The notes under the pieces were generated by a model. That model did not search any database. It was not told where the DNA came from and saw only the letters and a program-made list of their open reading frames with translations. A program made the position numbers and the translations under genes. Below are positions 24,171-36,245 of a stretch of DNA of 64,000 nt, one piece after another (position 1 is the stretch's first letter; the number at the start of each line of letters is the position of its first letter). Origin of the DNA: Moniliella sp. 'wahieum' (taxonomy: Eukaryota); assembly GCA_003971905.1 (NCBI GenBank), contig RSEE01000030.1:186001-250000 (forward strand), in the 5' to 3' direction.

Positions 24171-26752
24171 TTACTGCCGCGGCAAACAACATTGGTTTGC
24201 CTCCTCCGTGCTCGAGCCAGTCGCGCAAATCTTCGTCGTCCAGTAAGGACCATGACCATGCGTCCACGGGGGGAGTAGGATCCTGCACCACACCAGCCTC
24301 CGCTGCTGCTGCTGCTGCCGCTGCCGTATCGCCAGCCCCAAGCGACTCGGGGTAGCGCAGCACGCCAATCTGGCTGCCGAGACGTTCGCGCGCCTTGGTC
24401 AGCAGCTCGGCGTACGTGATGCTCGCCGGATCCACCCGCACCGCGACCAACTCGTCGGTGGCTGAATGGAAGATCTTGATCTTGGTCCAGCCGGGTTTGC
24501 GCGACGCAGAAGACGACGGTGGGGTAGGCGTGGGAGTGGCAGGGGTAGGCGTGGCAGAGGGAGCCGTGGCAGACACGGCGGCAACCGAGGTCCGAGGCGG
24601 GCCCGTCTCGGTCGTGCCAGCTGCGCTGTTGCCGCTGGCGGTAGGATGACGGTCGGGGTGGGACTGGCTGGTGCCTGAGTCGGTGCGAGCCACAGCGAAG
24701 GTGGGTACAGCCGTGTGGGAAGCGAGGTGGACGCGATCCAGGCCATGGACCAGCTCGGCTGGGTCGGAAGACGAGGGCGGAAGCGGCAGGGCGCCGTCGT
24801 CGCCCGGCCAAGGCATGGGGAAGGTTGGGGTGGGCGAGGATGGTATGCGACGACACGGTCGCCAGGCCGCGGGTCGAAAAACATCTGCACAACATCGGAG
24901 CGGGTGAGGCGAGGAGGCAAAGCGACCAGCTGGCGGGTGTACTGGTCGAGCGCGATCCGGTACTGCTCCGCCATGGCATCCGTGAAGTTCTCCCCCGTCG
25001 ACAGGGCACGCGGAAGCGAAGGAATGATGGCCATCTGGGATCCGGGCGGGCCATGACCAGCCTCGAGAGGGAAGCGCGTCTGGAAGCTTAGGTGGAAATC
25101 GTAAAAATCTTCGTATAGACGATACAGCTCCAACTCCAACGGCGGTCGCACTCGTTCGTCCGACACACCAGAGCCCCCCGTCGGGGACCGCCGACTTCCC
25201 TTGGGCTGCGGAAAAGAGAAAACGGAACAAACTCTACTGGTACCAGTAGTCACCTTGCTCTTTGTGCACGCATCCACCTGAGCTCGATTAGGAAACCAGG
25301 TGGGAGCGGGTGGCACTCAGCTCCCGAACCCATCGCGTCGACATCACCCAGTGGGAAGCCAACGTAAATCCTGACACAGCCTGCGTACCCGGTGTACTGT
25401 CCGATGGAACCTGCATCGTTTCCATCAGCTCATTCCCAGGACTCACACCCAGCAATGTCTGGCAGTGGATTGGACGGAACCGGGGAAAGTGCCGTGAGGG
25501 GTGGCTGGGTATGAGCTTGTGTACCGGCTCCAGGTAATGGAGGGTTCGATAATGCCTGAGGCTTCCTGTGGCGGCGAAGACATCACCATCCGCCAGGGAC
25601 CAGGGCCATCACGAAGAGATTTTGGGTTGGACATAGGGGAGGAGATGGAGGTGACAGCAGCTCCATTTCGGGTCGTCGTTGCTGGTTTGGGTCGATGGCC
25701 ATAACCCAAAGAGAGGGAAATCGCCTTGCCGTGCGACAAAACTCCCGCCTTTTCACCATTCGTCCCGATTCCTGCCTTGGGGTTGCTTCCCGCTCCCGTT
25801 GTGAAGGTGGCAGCTTTAGGATCGGTCCCCGAAGTAGGCCATCGCCAAGGACTGGCTCCAAAGGGCGTAGGAGAGGGCGATGGCCTGGCGTGGTTGGATG
25901 GCTGTTCGTGGGCCTTGGCGATGGGCAGTGGACCGATCGTGGCCTGTCGCTTTTTCCACGTGGCCACCGACGGGATGGCGCCAAGGGCAATCAGGTCGGC
26001 GGCTTGTGGGGCAGCTGCTTTCCCGTTCGCAAATCCAGCAGCGCAACATACGCCACTGGTACCAACCCAGGTGGGGTCTCGGCATTGTTGGCATCCAGAC
26101 GTGCGGCGACAAGCCACTCAGGAGTGGAATGCGCATATATTCGGATCCGCGTCCCCGTCTTGACGCCCAACTCGTCCGGCCGCTCCGCAACAAAGTCGTA
26201 CAGGGCCACCGCCAAAAACGTGTCAGGTACCGCTGGCGCCGTTTGCGTCGCTGGTGCAGAGACGGGTTTCGAAGGTGAGGGGTGTGTTGCCCAAGGGTCA
26301 ACTGGTGCGTCCAGCTCAGCACCGACCGCATGGCGAGGGAGCGGCGGTACGGTCTGGCCGTGGGAGGGGGAGGGAACTGGGTAAGCTTGGCGGACCCAGT
26401 GTGGTGATGGAGAGGGGGCTGGTTGGGAGGCGAGGAAATGGGGGCGGGGACTAGTGAGGGCGAGAGCGCAGCAGCAGCAGAGGTGCGCGGTGCGGGGAGA
26501 AGGCAGCACTGCGGGTAAGAATGTCGAAGATATGGGTGGGGGCGAGCCCTTGGGCATCCGTGAGGGGGTTGGAGACGGTGTACCAGTCGGGGTGGGTTGG
26601 GGGGATGAGGACGTGGAAAAAGTCGCCGGCATGGACGGTTTGTTGCTGGGGGAGCGGGCGAGATAGGAGGAGTGTGCGCGGAGGACGAGAAGAGGAGGCT
26701 CCTTGGCGGTGCGGGGCGCAGCGCCCGACACAGGCGCCCGCCTGGGGGGCAT
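24171..26752 (-). CDS. Bem1/Scd2-like polarity scaffold (SH3-PX-PB1)
   Basis: SH3: AVALYDFVAERPDEL...PEWLVA...PGLVPVAYV, followed by IPSVATWKK. PX: LYRLYEDFYDFHLSFQTRFPLEAG...IIPSLP...VVQMFF. PB1: KIKIFHSATDELVAVRV...YAELLTKARERLG...DDEDL. Confidence 0.85.
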
Positions 26753-28184
26753 GCTGGGGTGCGGGTGGGGAAGGATGGCGGAAAGGAAAACGGAAGCAAG
26801 TGGTGGTGGGGGAGCAGGTGCTGGAGGAAACGCTGGGCGTTGCTGCTCCCTACTCGTACTGGGGCTGGGTCACGGCGCCTAGGGAGCAGCAGAGCAGCAC
26901 CATGGGCAACTGATTGGCTGACTAGGCGGGTGTCTGGATGAGTGCGACGCGTGACGATGCGCTGGCCTGCGTTGACGTGTGGCTGGCTGACTACGGCGGG
27001 TCGTCTCCGCTGCCAGTCAAGTCACGGCAGTCACCGTCCCTGTCGCCTGGTCACTCGCCCGCGCCCGCAGTCGGCCTCTGTCGTCGTCTCTGGTCGCCTG
27101 CCTCGTCGGGCAAGCCTTGCCAGTGCCTCCCCAGGCCCCAGGCCTCACGCGTCACGCCCTCCTTACCAGCCTTCTGCCCCTCAGGCCCTCACCGTCACGG
27201 CCCCGGGCCAACCAGCACCCAGCAACCACAGTCCCCGGCAGACCAAAACATATAGATACCCTTGATCGTAGATACACGATGCCTTTCGTCTCTGCCCGCC
27301 GCACAATTCGGCGCACCCTACGCCACATGGGCCGGCCGGAGCGCCAGCCCAACACTCGAGCCGTGCCGCGCCAGGCCACGCCAGGCCACGTCCTGCCCCG
27401 CCACGTGAACCATCTTCTCCGACATGGCATGTCGGCCCACTGGGACACACAAGCGCCTGGCCAGCTGCCTGCCGGCTGGGTATATATTGGTCTGGGGGCT
27501 GCGTGCCCAGCACCATTTCCCGCTTGGCGGCGATCCAAAGCCATGCAAAGTGCTCACTGTTGCTCAGCACTCGAGGACTCAGCCTCAGCACTCGACCAGC
27601 CGAGGCGGTGGGACGCAGGCGACCAGCCAGCGTCCCCCCCGACCTCCCCCCGCTACACCGCTGTGGCGCCAGCGCCACGTCATCGCCTGCCTCAGGCGTC
27701 GTGCCTCCCAGCATCACATCACCCTGCCATGTGATTGCTGATCCCTGTGACCCGCATTGACATCACCCATCCCATTGGAAATTGCCCGGCGCATCGGCAT
27801 CGCAACCGGTAACCCGCGGTCACCTGACCCCCCAGCACTCCATATCGCCACGAGGGTCATTCGCACCTCTGCTATAAGCGCCGTTATGCGAGTTGCTCCG
27901 ACACTACGCACTTGCTCCGCCACACTGCGTTGGCCCATCCCAAATCCTTTCCCCCGTTTACACCTCCACCCGGGCCCGTCAAGACCGTCCGCACTCTCCG
28001 CACCTTTCTTTCGTGTGTTCTGTATATACGCCGGCGGGGCCCCGCTGCCGGTGGGACAGGTGTCAAGACGGGGGGATACCACGGATGGGTTTTGACCAAC
28101 CACGATCGGACTTGTTTTTGTTAGGCGTTGGTCCTTGGTCCAACCTGGAACCGGGGTGTCGTGGGCGGGCCCCGAACTGTGAAG

Positions 28185-28395
28185 TGTCAGGAGACGGGAG
28201 ATGGAGGAAAGGGGAGCAGATGGATTGTGGATACATCTATGGACGGACGACTGTGGAGGTATATGTACCTCCTAAGAAAGGGGGGCACAGTCGAGAGTTG
28301 GATACAGGATCACCCAACTGATAAGAATCCCGCCTCCATAGTGCTCATACGGGCCTAGTGGACCAAGCCCCCCCTAGTACCGTGCGAGTCTGTCA
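28185..28395. mobile_element. LTR-like repeat copy A (probable solo LTR, inverted relative to copy B)
   Basis: Starts TGTCAG and ends CTGTCA. Aligns by eye over its full length to the reverse complement of 29565-29766, sharing TGTCAGGAGACG, GCAGATGGATTG, GGATACATCTATGGACGGAC, CAGTCGAGAG and GCCTAGTG. Confidence 0.75.
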
Positions 28396-28399
28396 CGGA

Positions 28400-29564
28400 G
28401 CCCAACCCACAATTCAACGCTGCTGATGCACTGGTGCAAGGCCACATTGAGTCTCTCAAGCAGAGACTCTCTCATCGCCGCCACAAAGTGGCCTTTGTGT
28501 GGACTACGAGCAGTATCGAGTTTAATCCCATCTCCCCATGGCTCCGCTCCCTGGGCATTCGGCGCCTTCGCACAACCGACGATGACCCTGCCGGCGTACT
28601 CAACCGCGTGCACCCATTGCTGAAAACCGTTGTTCAAGCTGCATTTTGCATTCCCTCTCCGCTAGATCAACCTGCTGGTCTGCAGCCCTCGTTCAGGCGG
28701 CCACGGTCATCAACGCCTTGCCGCACCCGTCCTGCTTCAATGCCACCCCGCATCAGCGCATGTATAGCTGCTCTTTCGACGTTCCAGCCTTGCATCCCTG
28801 CGGCTGCCGGACTCATGATGGAGGACATGAGACCAGCTACTACGTCATTTCATCTTGACTCCAATTCGACGATGAATCGCTGGCACCTCCGCGTCTGCCG
28901 CAACGGTAAATGGACAACTCTCGAATCAAATAATGTCCGTCTCCAGGAAAATGGCTAGAGCCACGTCCCTTCTACTGTGGTCGCTTCCTCTCCCGCGCCT
29001 CCTCTCGCCCCATCCATCGTAGATGAGGACTTCTTATTGTGAGAACCTCGGAGCCTATGGCCCGTCGCCTCCCTCAGCGGTGCTACGTCCTCATCCACCA
29101 TCGAAGCCGACATGAACCTTCCTCTTGCCCCCCTGAGGGACGCCGCTGTCTCTTGAGCAAAACGAGAGGACCGCACCTTGATACGCCTCCAGCGTTACCA
29201 AGAACTCCAAGTATGCGAGCGAAGACACACTCTTCCCCGTCGCCTCGCAGGCTCTCTTTGTCTTCTTACTTGGCTGTGTCGCATCATTGGTGCCAAGTCG
29301 TCCGCATTGCCCTCGTTTACGACGACGTCTGCGCCTTCATCGTACCCACGTCCGGTACAAGAGAACGCCGCGTATGCGTCCTCCCAAGTCCAGCTCTTCA
29401 CCGACCTGACCTGCGCATTGTTCTTTCCCTTTTCTCACCCTGATCTATATTCCTTTGGATCGGTTGCAGGTGGCTTGTCCACTTCCTTGCCATCGACTCG
29501 ATCTCTGTCTACGACTTGGCCATTGTTGAAGGAGACCCAAAGGTTGGCACAGGATCGGTGGGAA
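28400..29564 (+). mobile_element. Degenerate Ty1/copia pol fragment (integrase core, possible downstream pol remnants)
   Basis: EFNPISPWLRSLGIRRLRTT..P.GVLNRVHPLL, then WSAALVQAATVINALPHPSCFNATPHQRMYSCSFDVPALHPCGC. This resembles the copia integrase pattern W..A...A....N..P......TP.......PD...L..FGC. The catalytic acidic residues are not intact. Confidence 0.7.
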
Positions 29565-29766
29565 TGTCAGAACCACTCCCTGCTAGGTGGTCCTTAGCTC
29601 ACTAGGCTGCTATGGGCACACCTTGGCGTGATTTCTGTCCGTTGGGAGATCCCCTTTCCACCTCTCGACTGCCCCCCTGTGCTTCTGAAGTGCATATATC
29701 TCCAGTCCGTCCATAGATGTATCCAATCCATCTGCACCCCTTTCCCTCATATCGCGTCTCCTGACA
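29565..29766. mobile_element. LTR-like repeat copy B (probable 3' LTR of the copia remnant)
   Basis: Perfect 6-bp inverted termini TGTCAG...CTGACA. Preceded by purine-rich GGTGGGAA, a possible polypurine tract. Confidence 0.75.
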
Positions 29767-31317
29767 AGGGCCCACTCCCCGTTTATCGAGCTTGAACGCT
29801 ATTAGCCGATGATCCGAACGGAGTTAGAGACGAATGACAGGGTCGGATAGGTCCTGGCACAGAACAAGTCAACTCTTATAGGATCGCAGCGGCATCCGTA
29901 CAGAGGAGACTGAAAGCTGGAGGAAGATCCAATACGGAAAAGGATACCTGGGCGACAAAGGATCCGAGAAGACTAATAAGAGCTGGCCGCTGTAGCAGAT
30001 CAGTGGAATAGTTGCAGGTGAACTACTATGGAGTAACGCGGGTGTTGTCTGGTCGGTCAAGGATGGATTCGGAAGGAGACATATGGTTTCTTTTTACAAA
30101 ATGACCGGCTACGGGAAGAACAGGAACAAAGGCTCTACTACAGACGGAACAAATTTAAAGAAGAACATATATTCAACGCCGTCTCGAAAGACGGAGGAAT
30201 AAAGGTGAATGGCCTTCAATTGAACCAAGGAATACAGATCAAGTAGGGAAAGCTTCCCTCCCGACAAGAATACAGTCAACCACGAAACAGGCCCTAAGTA
30301 ATAGGCAGGTTGTCCGCCCTCGCAGCAAGACCGTAAACGGATTGACGAGGCCTGAGGGGAGAATATCCCAACGAGAGAAAACGAGACGGCCTGATGAGGA
30401 AACGGACGTCAATATCCGGCAGTCCCACTTGCGCTCAAGACCGAAGACCAAGAAATACTTGAGTTAGTTGGAATAATATATCAGGAGGGACTCAAAGCTC
30501 ACGCACAGATTTCCTCGGCCGTACGGAAAGGAATCGATCTTGGTCGCGTAGATCGCAGGAAGCATGACCTGTCTAGGCCCAAGGGAGTAGATGGATTGTT
30601 TAAGCGAACCAGACCACAGTGGCCCGTATTAACACTGATGATCTGTGGCTAGTCACGATTGGATGTGGGTTATAGATTTCGGAAAGAACTCTGGGATCGG
30701 GGTTAGGGAGGCGAAAAGGGAGCGCGTAGGCTTCCCCTCCCCCTTCTCCCGGCAGCCCATCTTCCCCCCCGATAGATAAAAAGAGGAAAATGTGGGCCTA
30801 GGGAGCCGGAGGAGCAGAAGGACGAGAAGAAGGGGATGGCTTGAGTGGCAGCCGGGACGAATGACCTGGATTTGTGCATGGCCACACTATTGGCCTACAG
30901 GAAAGGCATACAAGCCCTGTCCTCACACAGCTCATCGAGTGTTGGCAGAACGTTGTCTTCTCTCTGGCCCTGTGGATTCGATACAGGTGATGAGAGGACC
31001 GCTTGACAGTTGGATGATGCGGAACGAATGTTGAACCTCACTGAATACTGAACACTGTAGAAGATTATAGAGACCTGGCAGTTGACAGTGTATTGCATGG
31101 CACACATGAACTAAAGAAGAGGCTATAGTATACTAGTCGCAGGTATTTACGCCTGCTGTGGAACTCGATTTACTATAGCCCACAACGCGATGAGCATGCC
31201 TTCGCCCGACCGTATGGGGCGCCTAAGTTTACATGCGCCCACGGATGATATAGGCACAAGAAACTTGAGAATTGGGGGGGGGGGAAGAGGAGAGAGGGTC
31301 TCATATTTTGTCGTCGG

Positions 31318-34222
31318 CAGTTACCGGTTACCACTGCAGTCACCTGGTTGGTTACCGGAGGGGGTTCCAAAACTGACCATCAACTGAAGACTGAAGACGT
31401 ACTACTTTTGTTGTAAGCGCAAGATCCATTATTGGAGTCACTGAGCACTGCATTTTTGAGACGTTGGGACTATGAGGCGCTGAGAGGTTTTTGGAGGGCT
31501 CAGCGTGTTCAGCTCGGCAGACTCAGCCGTGAATAATGGCGCGGCCGAGCGCGCTGAGCGCTGAGTTGAGCGAGGCCGACCCACACATCCCGGGCCTTCT
31601 TTAGTGTCAAATTGCACAACATGCATGTGGTCCATAGTTTGTCAATCGCATTATGCATCATGTGATGCCACCGACAATCGGTCGGAGGAGACTGGGGAGG
31701 TATGTGGTGGGATTGGCGGGTTATAATACGGGTTTTATACCGGTTTATATTAAGCGACGGCACCAAGGAAAAAGGGATCGCTTTCCGACATGTCAACAAG
31801 AGTGATTTAGAGGCAGGTTACATGTGGGTCCCTACGCGGACACAGCTGTTTAAGCCATCAACGCCAACAACGTTGAACGTTGACAGGTGGAGGTCCGAGG
31901 GCTGTATAGGACCGTGACACAGTGCACATGGTAGGAAAGCCCTGTGGATGTTGGAAATGGTCATGTTGACATAATGACACTGGGATTTCCTCAGCTTTTG
32001 CCAAGTCGCGTACCATATATTTGCACAACAGTTGTTCATGCCCCTGATTGTTGTCTGCGGGTTTGCACCGCGCTCTCCCCTCGCATTGGGGCCCCATCGG
32101 CCCTATATCTCCGCTGTTGTCTATATGATGGTCGCATGGAATGGCGAGGAATGCGAATGGCCGAAAATTCAACGCACTTGCGGGGATTAGATCGATTATC
32201 GATTATTGCTCCACGCATTCTGCGGGCCGCATGGAGGAGGACGGAAGAGAACGTGGTTGCTGGCTGGCGAGGACGGAATGATTGTAGGACAGGCTATGGT
32301 GCTGGGGCGTGTGCTGAGGCCTGAGGCCTCAGGCCTGAGGGGGGGTATCTTGAACGTTCAAGTTGAGCCTGCTGTTAGAAACGTGAAACCCGAGGCTCAG
32401 CCCAAGCGCCCAGGCAGGTGTTGAGCCCGAGGAGATCCCAGAGAGCTCTCGGATGTTGAGACGCTCAGGCACACATCCAGCCCTCCTTGAAGCAACTGAG
32501 CTTTGCAATTTGAAACCTGCCCTTTGACTCGGCTCGCATCCATATCAGCCCACCCATTCCGATGCGGGGTATCACACTTGACGCGCTGTCCTTGAACGTG
32601 AAACGCCTTCTGGCAATACCAACGCGTCATGCGACTGGCAACAGATGTGCATGCAACCCAGCAGCGCCAAGTGCTCGGCAGTTCTTCCGGTGGGGGCGGT
32701 GGGTGGGGTGGAGTGGGGTGGGGTGGCCGGTGGGGTGGCCGTCGGTCGACGTTAGATCTTAGGTCTTCCAGCGACCGACCAGCGTGGCCATAAATGGGGC
32801 GACATGTGACATGGTGTAACCGAGGGGGGACGTTGGACTGCTGAAACAGGTGTGAGGTATTCGTTTCTCATATTCCTGTCGCTGCACCGTCCGCGTCTGG
32901 AGGGAGTTAGCGTTTATTTAAGTTAAACGTTAAACGTTAAAACGTCAAGCGCTAAGCTTAAATAACGTTACACGTTAAAACGTTAATTCCTGCCGCCTAA
33001 GGCCTAAGGCCCAAGGCGCGAGAGCCTGTAACATGTGAGACCGCCTCGGAGATGGAAGTGCACACGACAGACTATTACTGTGGTTACAGGTACCGGTTAC
33101 CGGTTACCGGTTACCGCGCATCGAAGGGGGCAGAAGAGAATGCTGCTGCTCCCTCAGCCTGAGCTCAGCTTAGCGCTGAGGCTCCGTACACTCAACTCAG
33201 CGTCCCAACCAACACTCAACGTGCTCAGGACTCGCAAGTCCGTTTGGAGGGTTGTTGATACACGTTGTGACGTACACGGTGGCAGTTAGTATATTAGTGC
33301 GGGTGCCAAGGCAGGCGCGACGTGCTATGCACTATGGGCCATGCGCAGCACAGCAACGTGGAAGCGTGCGCGCTGTCGTCCCAACCCTACCCGCACAGCA
33401 GCAGTGTGTTACGATGCGCCCGCTGCGGCGATGCAGCTACGGAGCTTGACTAACATGCATCATGCGCCGCTCGTCACGCGTCACTCCCAAGCATCATGCA
33501 TCCTGTCACGTCATGCGCATGTCTTCTTCCCACGCAAGAATGTCGTCGCTGAGAAGTTCCACTCGAGCCCAGAAAAAAAAATGGCCCTAGGATTGGGATG
33601 GGATGGTGCTGAGCCTGAGCCTTCTTCCATTCCCTCGCTCCCCCGCCTTCCCCCGCCTTCCCCAGCCCGAAGGGCTCACGTAGGGTCGGACTTGGCCAGC
33701 GAGTTGACCAACAGGCTGAAACGGCGAATATCGACTATCGACTATCGACGATCGATGATGGATGAATCGGGATCATCGATCATCGATCATCGATCATCGA
33801 CATCCGATTGGCTGGGGTTGGCTCTGACATGGTGCACCGCAAGGCATCCAGATGGAATGGCCCAATGGATAAACACACGTTGGGGCCAAGCTCCAAGACA
33901 GACCAAGACTACTTGACATCTCCGGCAATCGATATCATCGACCGATCCTCAGAGCACCGGGCACGAGCACTGGCGTGAGCCAGTGACTAGTGACTTCATC
34001 GGGCAGCGTGCTGGGTGGCAATGTCTGCTCGCGAAACGGCGACGGGCGCTGGCCATCCGATCCAGCGTCTCAGCCTCAGCGTCTCTGCCCCGCCATGCTG
34101 GCTCAGCGTCAGCGCGCAGCCGCGCAGCTGCGCAGGCGCAGTGCCAGGCACGCGTGACATCAGATGCCGATGTGCATGTGACGCGTGACGCCCAAGCCGT
34201 GTGCTGACGCGTGACGCGTACC
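31318..34222. repeat. Mosaic of short palindromic-word arrays (GGTTACC, CTNAG, AACGTT, ATGCAT, ATCGAT, GTNAC)
   Basis: Examples: 32922-32987 (TTAAACG)n; 33082-33115 (GGTTACC)n; 33151-33183 CCTCAGCCTGAGCTCAGCTTAGCGCTGAGG; 33729-33808 (ATCGATC)n; 34150-34222 repeated CGTGACG. Confidence 0.85.
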
Positions 34223-34437
34223 GTCGATGCGGCCGGGGCCCAGGGGTCGCGGCGATCACACGTCCATCAGATCAGCCGTCGCCCCACCACGCCTTCTGAT
34301 TTTTCCAGATTGCAATTTTTTTTTCCCGCCCCACCCCCCAACACTCCACCACCCGCCCCACCCGATCTACCCCTTTCGCACCCCCGGCGCCCATGGCTGT
34401 CGGTGCCCCCCTCAGCCCTGCGTTTCCTGCCCGCCCC

Positions 34438-36000
34438 ATGTCCTACGCGCCAGCAAGCAGGAGGCGCTCCAGCGCCAAGCCGCCCCCCGACTGCGATGCG
34501 GACACTGCTGGGCTGTGGATGTCCGACGAGCTCTGCACCGTTTGTGCCGAGCCCGTCGTGGCCGGCAGCCTTTTCTGCAGCGCAAAGTGCCGCCGCCGCG
34601 ACCTGGAGCCGCAGACTGCCCCCCTACCTCCATCCGCCGAGCTCACCCAGGCCCACGAATCTGCCGGTGCCGCCGGCGCTACCTTCAATGCTCTTCCTTC
34701 ACCCTCACTTGCAGCAACAGCCTTCCGCCGAGGACATTTCGCTCCGCATGCATACCCGCGCACGCCCCAGCAACCCCCCGCTCCCCGCCCCTCGGCTGCA
34801 CGCTCCCCCAAACGCCTCAGCATGGCCAGCATCAGCCCCAGTGTCAGCGAGGGCGAATCCGAGCCGCCTCCTTCCACTCCTTCGCCCCAGATTTCTGCCC
34901 CGAACGGCCAAGGCTCCGACCTGCATCCGCTGATCAAGTCCCCTGCCATGCGCTTTGTACGCAAGCCCAACGCGACCAACATGCCTGCTCCGGTTCTGCT
35001 TGCCAGCCCCGCCTTGGGCGCTTCCACCCGTCGGCCACCCAGTTCGGCCAGTTCGACGCCCGCATCCCCATGGATGACAATGGACCACCCACCGCGTCCT
35101 TCTTCTCGCCCGCCTTCGCGCACGTACCAGCCCCACCCTTCTGCCTATCCTCAAGCGATTCTGGAGGACGATGCGGACTCGGATGCGGCCTCGTGCATCT
35201 CGGGCTTTGACTTGGGCCCCGCCGCTCGGGACCATGCGCTTCCGGGCCACGTGCAACTGTCGGCCGCTCCGGCCACCTCAACTCATGCGCGGCCAGGATC
35301 GCCAGTGGTTCATCGACGTTTGCCCAGCGACTCGATCGTGGCGCTGCGCAACGCATTAAATATGGCGACGATCGAGCGGCCTCGTGCGGCACATGCGACC
35401 ACCGACTCGGCCGTGAGCGAACTACGGGGACGACCGACGTCCGCGCGCGCTCGGTCCTTCTGTCAGTCCCACCCACTGGGAGACGGAAGAACGGGGCCGG
35501 TCACGCACCACGGACGCACTGCGCGACCGTGCACAAGCTCGCCGCGCCACCTCGTCCCACGATGTCGAGTTGCACGGCCGCCTGGCCTCTCGCTCCCGCT
35601 CCTCCCTCGCCCGCGCGGCAGAGGAGCTGGATTCTCGCCGTGGCCGCTCGTCCACACGAGCACCGCGGTCCATTTCCCGCCGTCGCAGTCCGTCGCCCCC
35701 GCGACGCGGCGACCGGCGCTTAGCTTCCCGCGTTCGTGAACGCCTGCAGCTGGACCCGGCGGTGGACTTGGGCGCGTACGCGGTGCCAGCGGTACGCTCG
35801 ACGTCCAGTGGAGACGGGCGGATGGCGTGCCGGCGAGCGCGTTGGCCTTGGCCATGCGCAGTGCCGCGCCACAGGAACCTACGCTGCCGCAACCGCGCGC
35901 GCAGGTGGACTCACCCTGCTCCCCGCGCGAGCGTGCATGCAGTTTGACTGGTGCCACGTCCCCGCTCACTTCGCTCTCCCGCTCTCGGCCTTCCAGCCGG
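34438..36000 (+). CDS. Ecl1-family-like protein (N-terminal C4 zinc finger plus Ser/Pro/Arg-rich tail); 3' end uncertain
   Basis: CTVCAEPVVAGSLFCSAKCRRRD matches the CxxC-x~9-[YF]CSxxCRxxD pattern of fungal Ecl1 proteins. The rest is low complexity. Confidence 0.65.
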
Positions 36001-36124
36001 TCCTCCTGTTCCCCTTCGTCTTCGCTCCTCACCCGCGGGCGGGCACTGACAATGCAGCTGGGCAGGGCAGAGGCGGCTCCCGTGTGCCCGTCAGTGTTCA
36101 ACCTCGTGGCCTCTAGTTGCAATC

Positions 36125-36245
36125 TTTGTTCCTTCTCTCCTCTTTCTTCCTTTCCTCTTTTCCTCCTCTTTTCCTCCTCTCTCCTCTCTTCCTTCTTCCT
36201 CTCCTCTTCTCTCTCGTCTCCTCTCTCTGTTCCCCCTCTGCATTC
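36125..36245 (+). repeat. Polypyrimidine (CT-rich) tract
   Basis: About 120 nt almost exclusively C/T. Confidence 0.9.

Noticed and set aside
28185..29766. Cut-and-paste DNA transposon with ~200-bp TIRs
   Set aside because: Each arm has its own TG..CA termini, the interior resembles copia integrase rather than a transposase, and the outer flanks (TGAAG / AGGGC) show no target-site duplication.
32690..32740. (GGGGT)n run as a telomeric repeat
   Set aside because: Short, imperfect, internal and not TTAGGG. At most a G-quadruplex-prone simple repeat.
31318..34222. CRISPR-like array
   Set aside because: No constant 23-47 bp repeat with unique spacers, no cas genes, and the context is eukaryotic.
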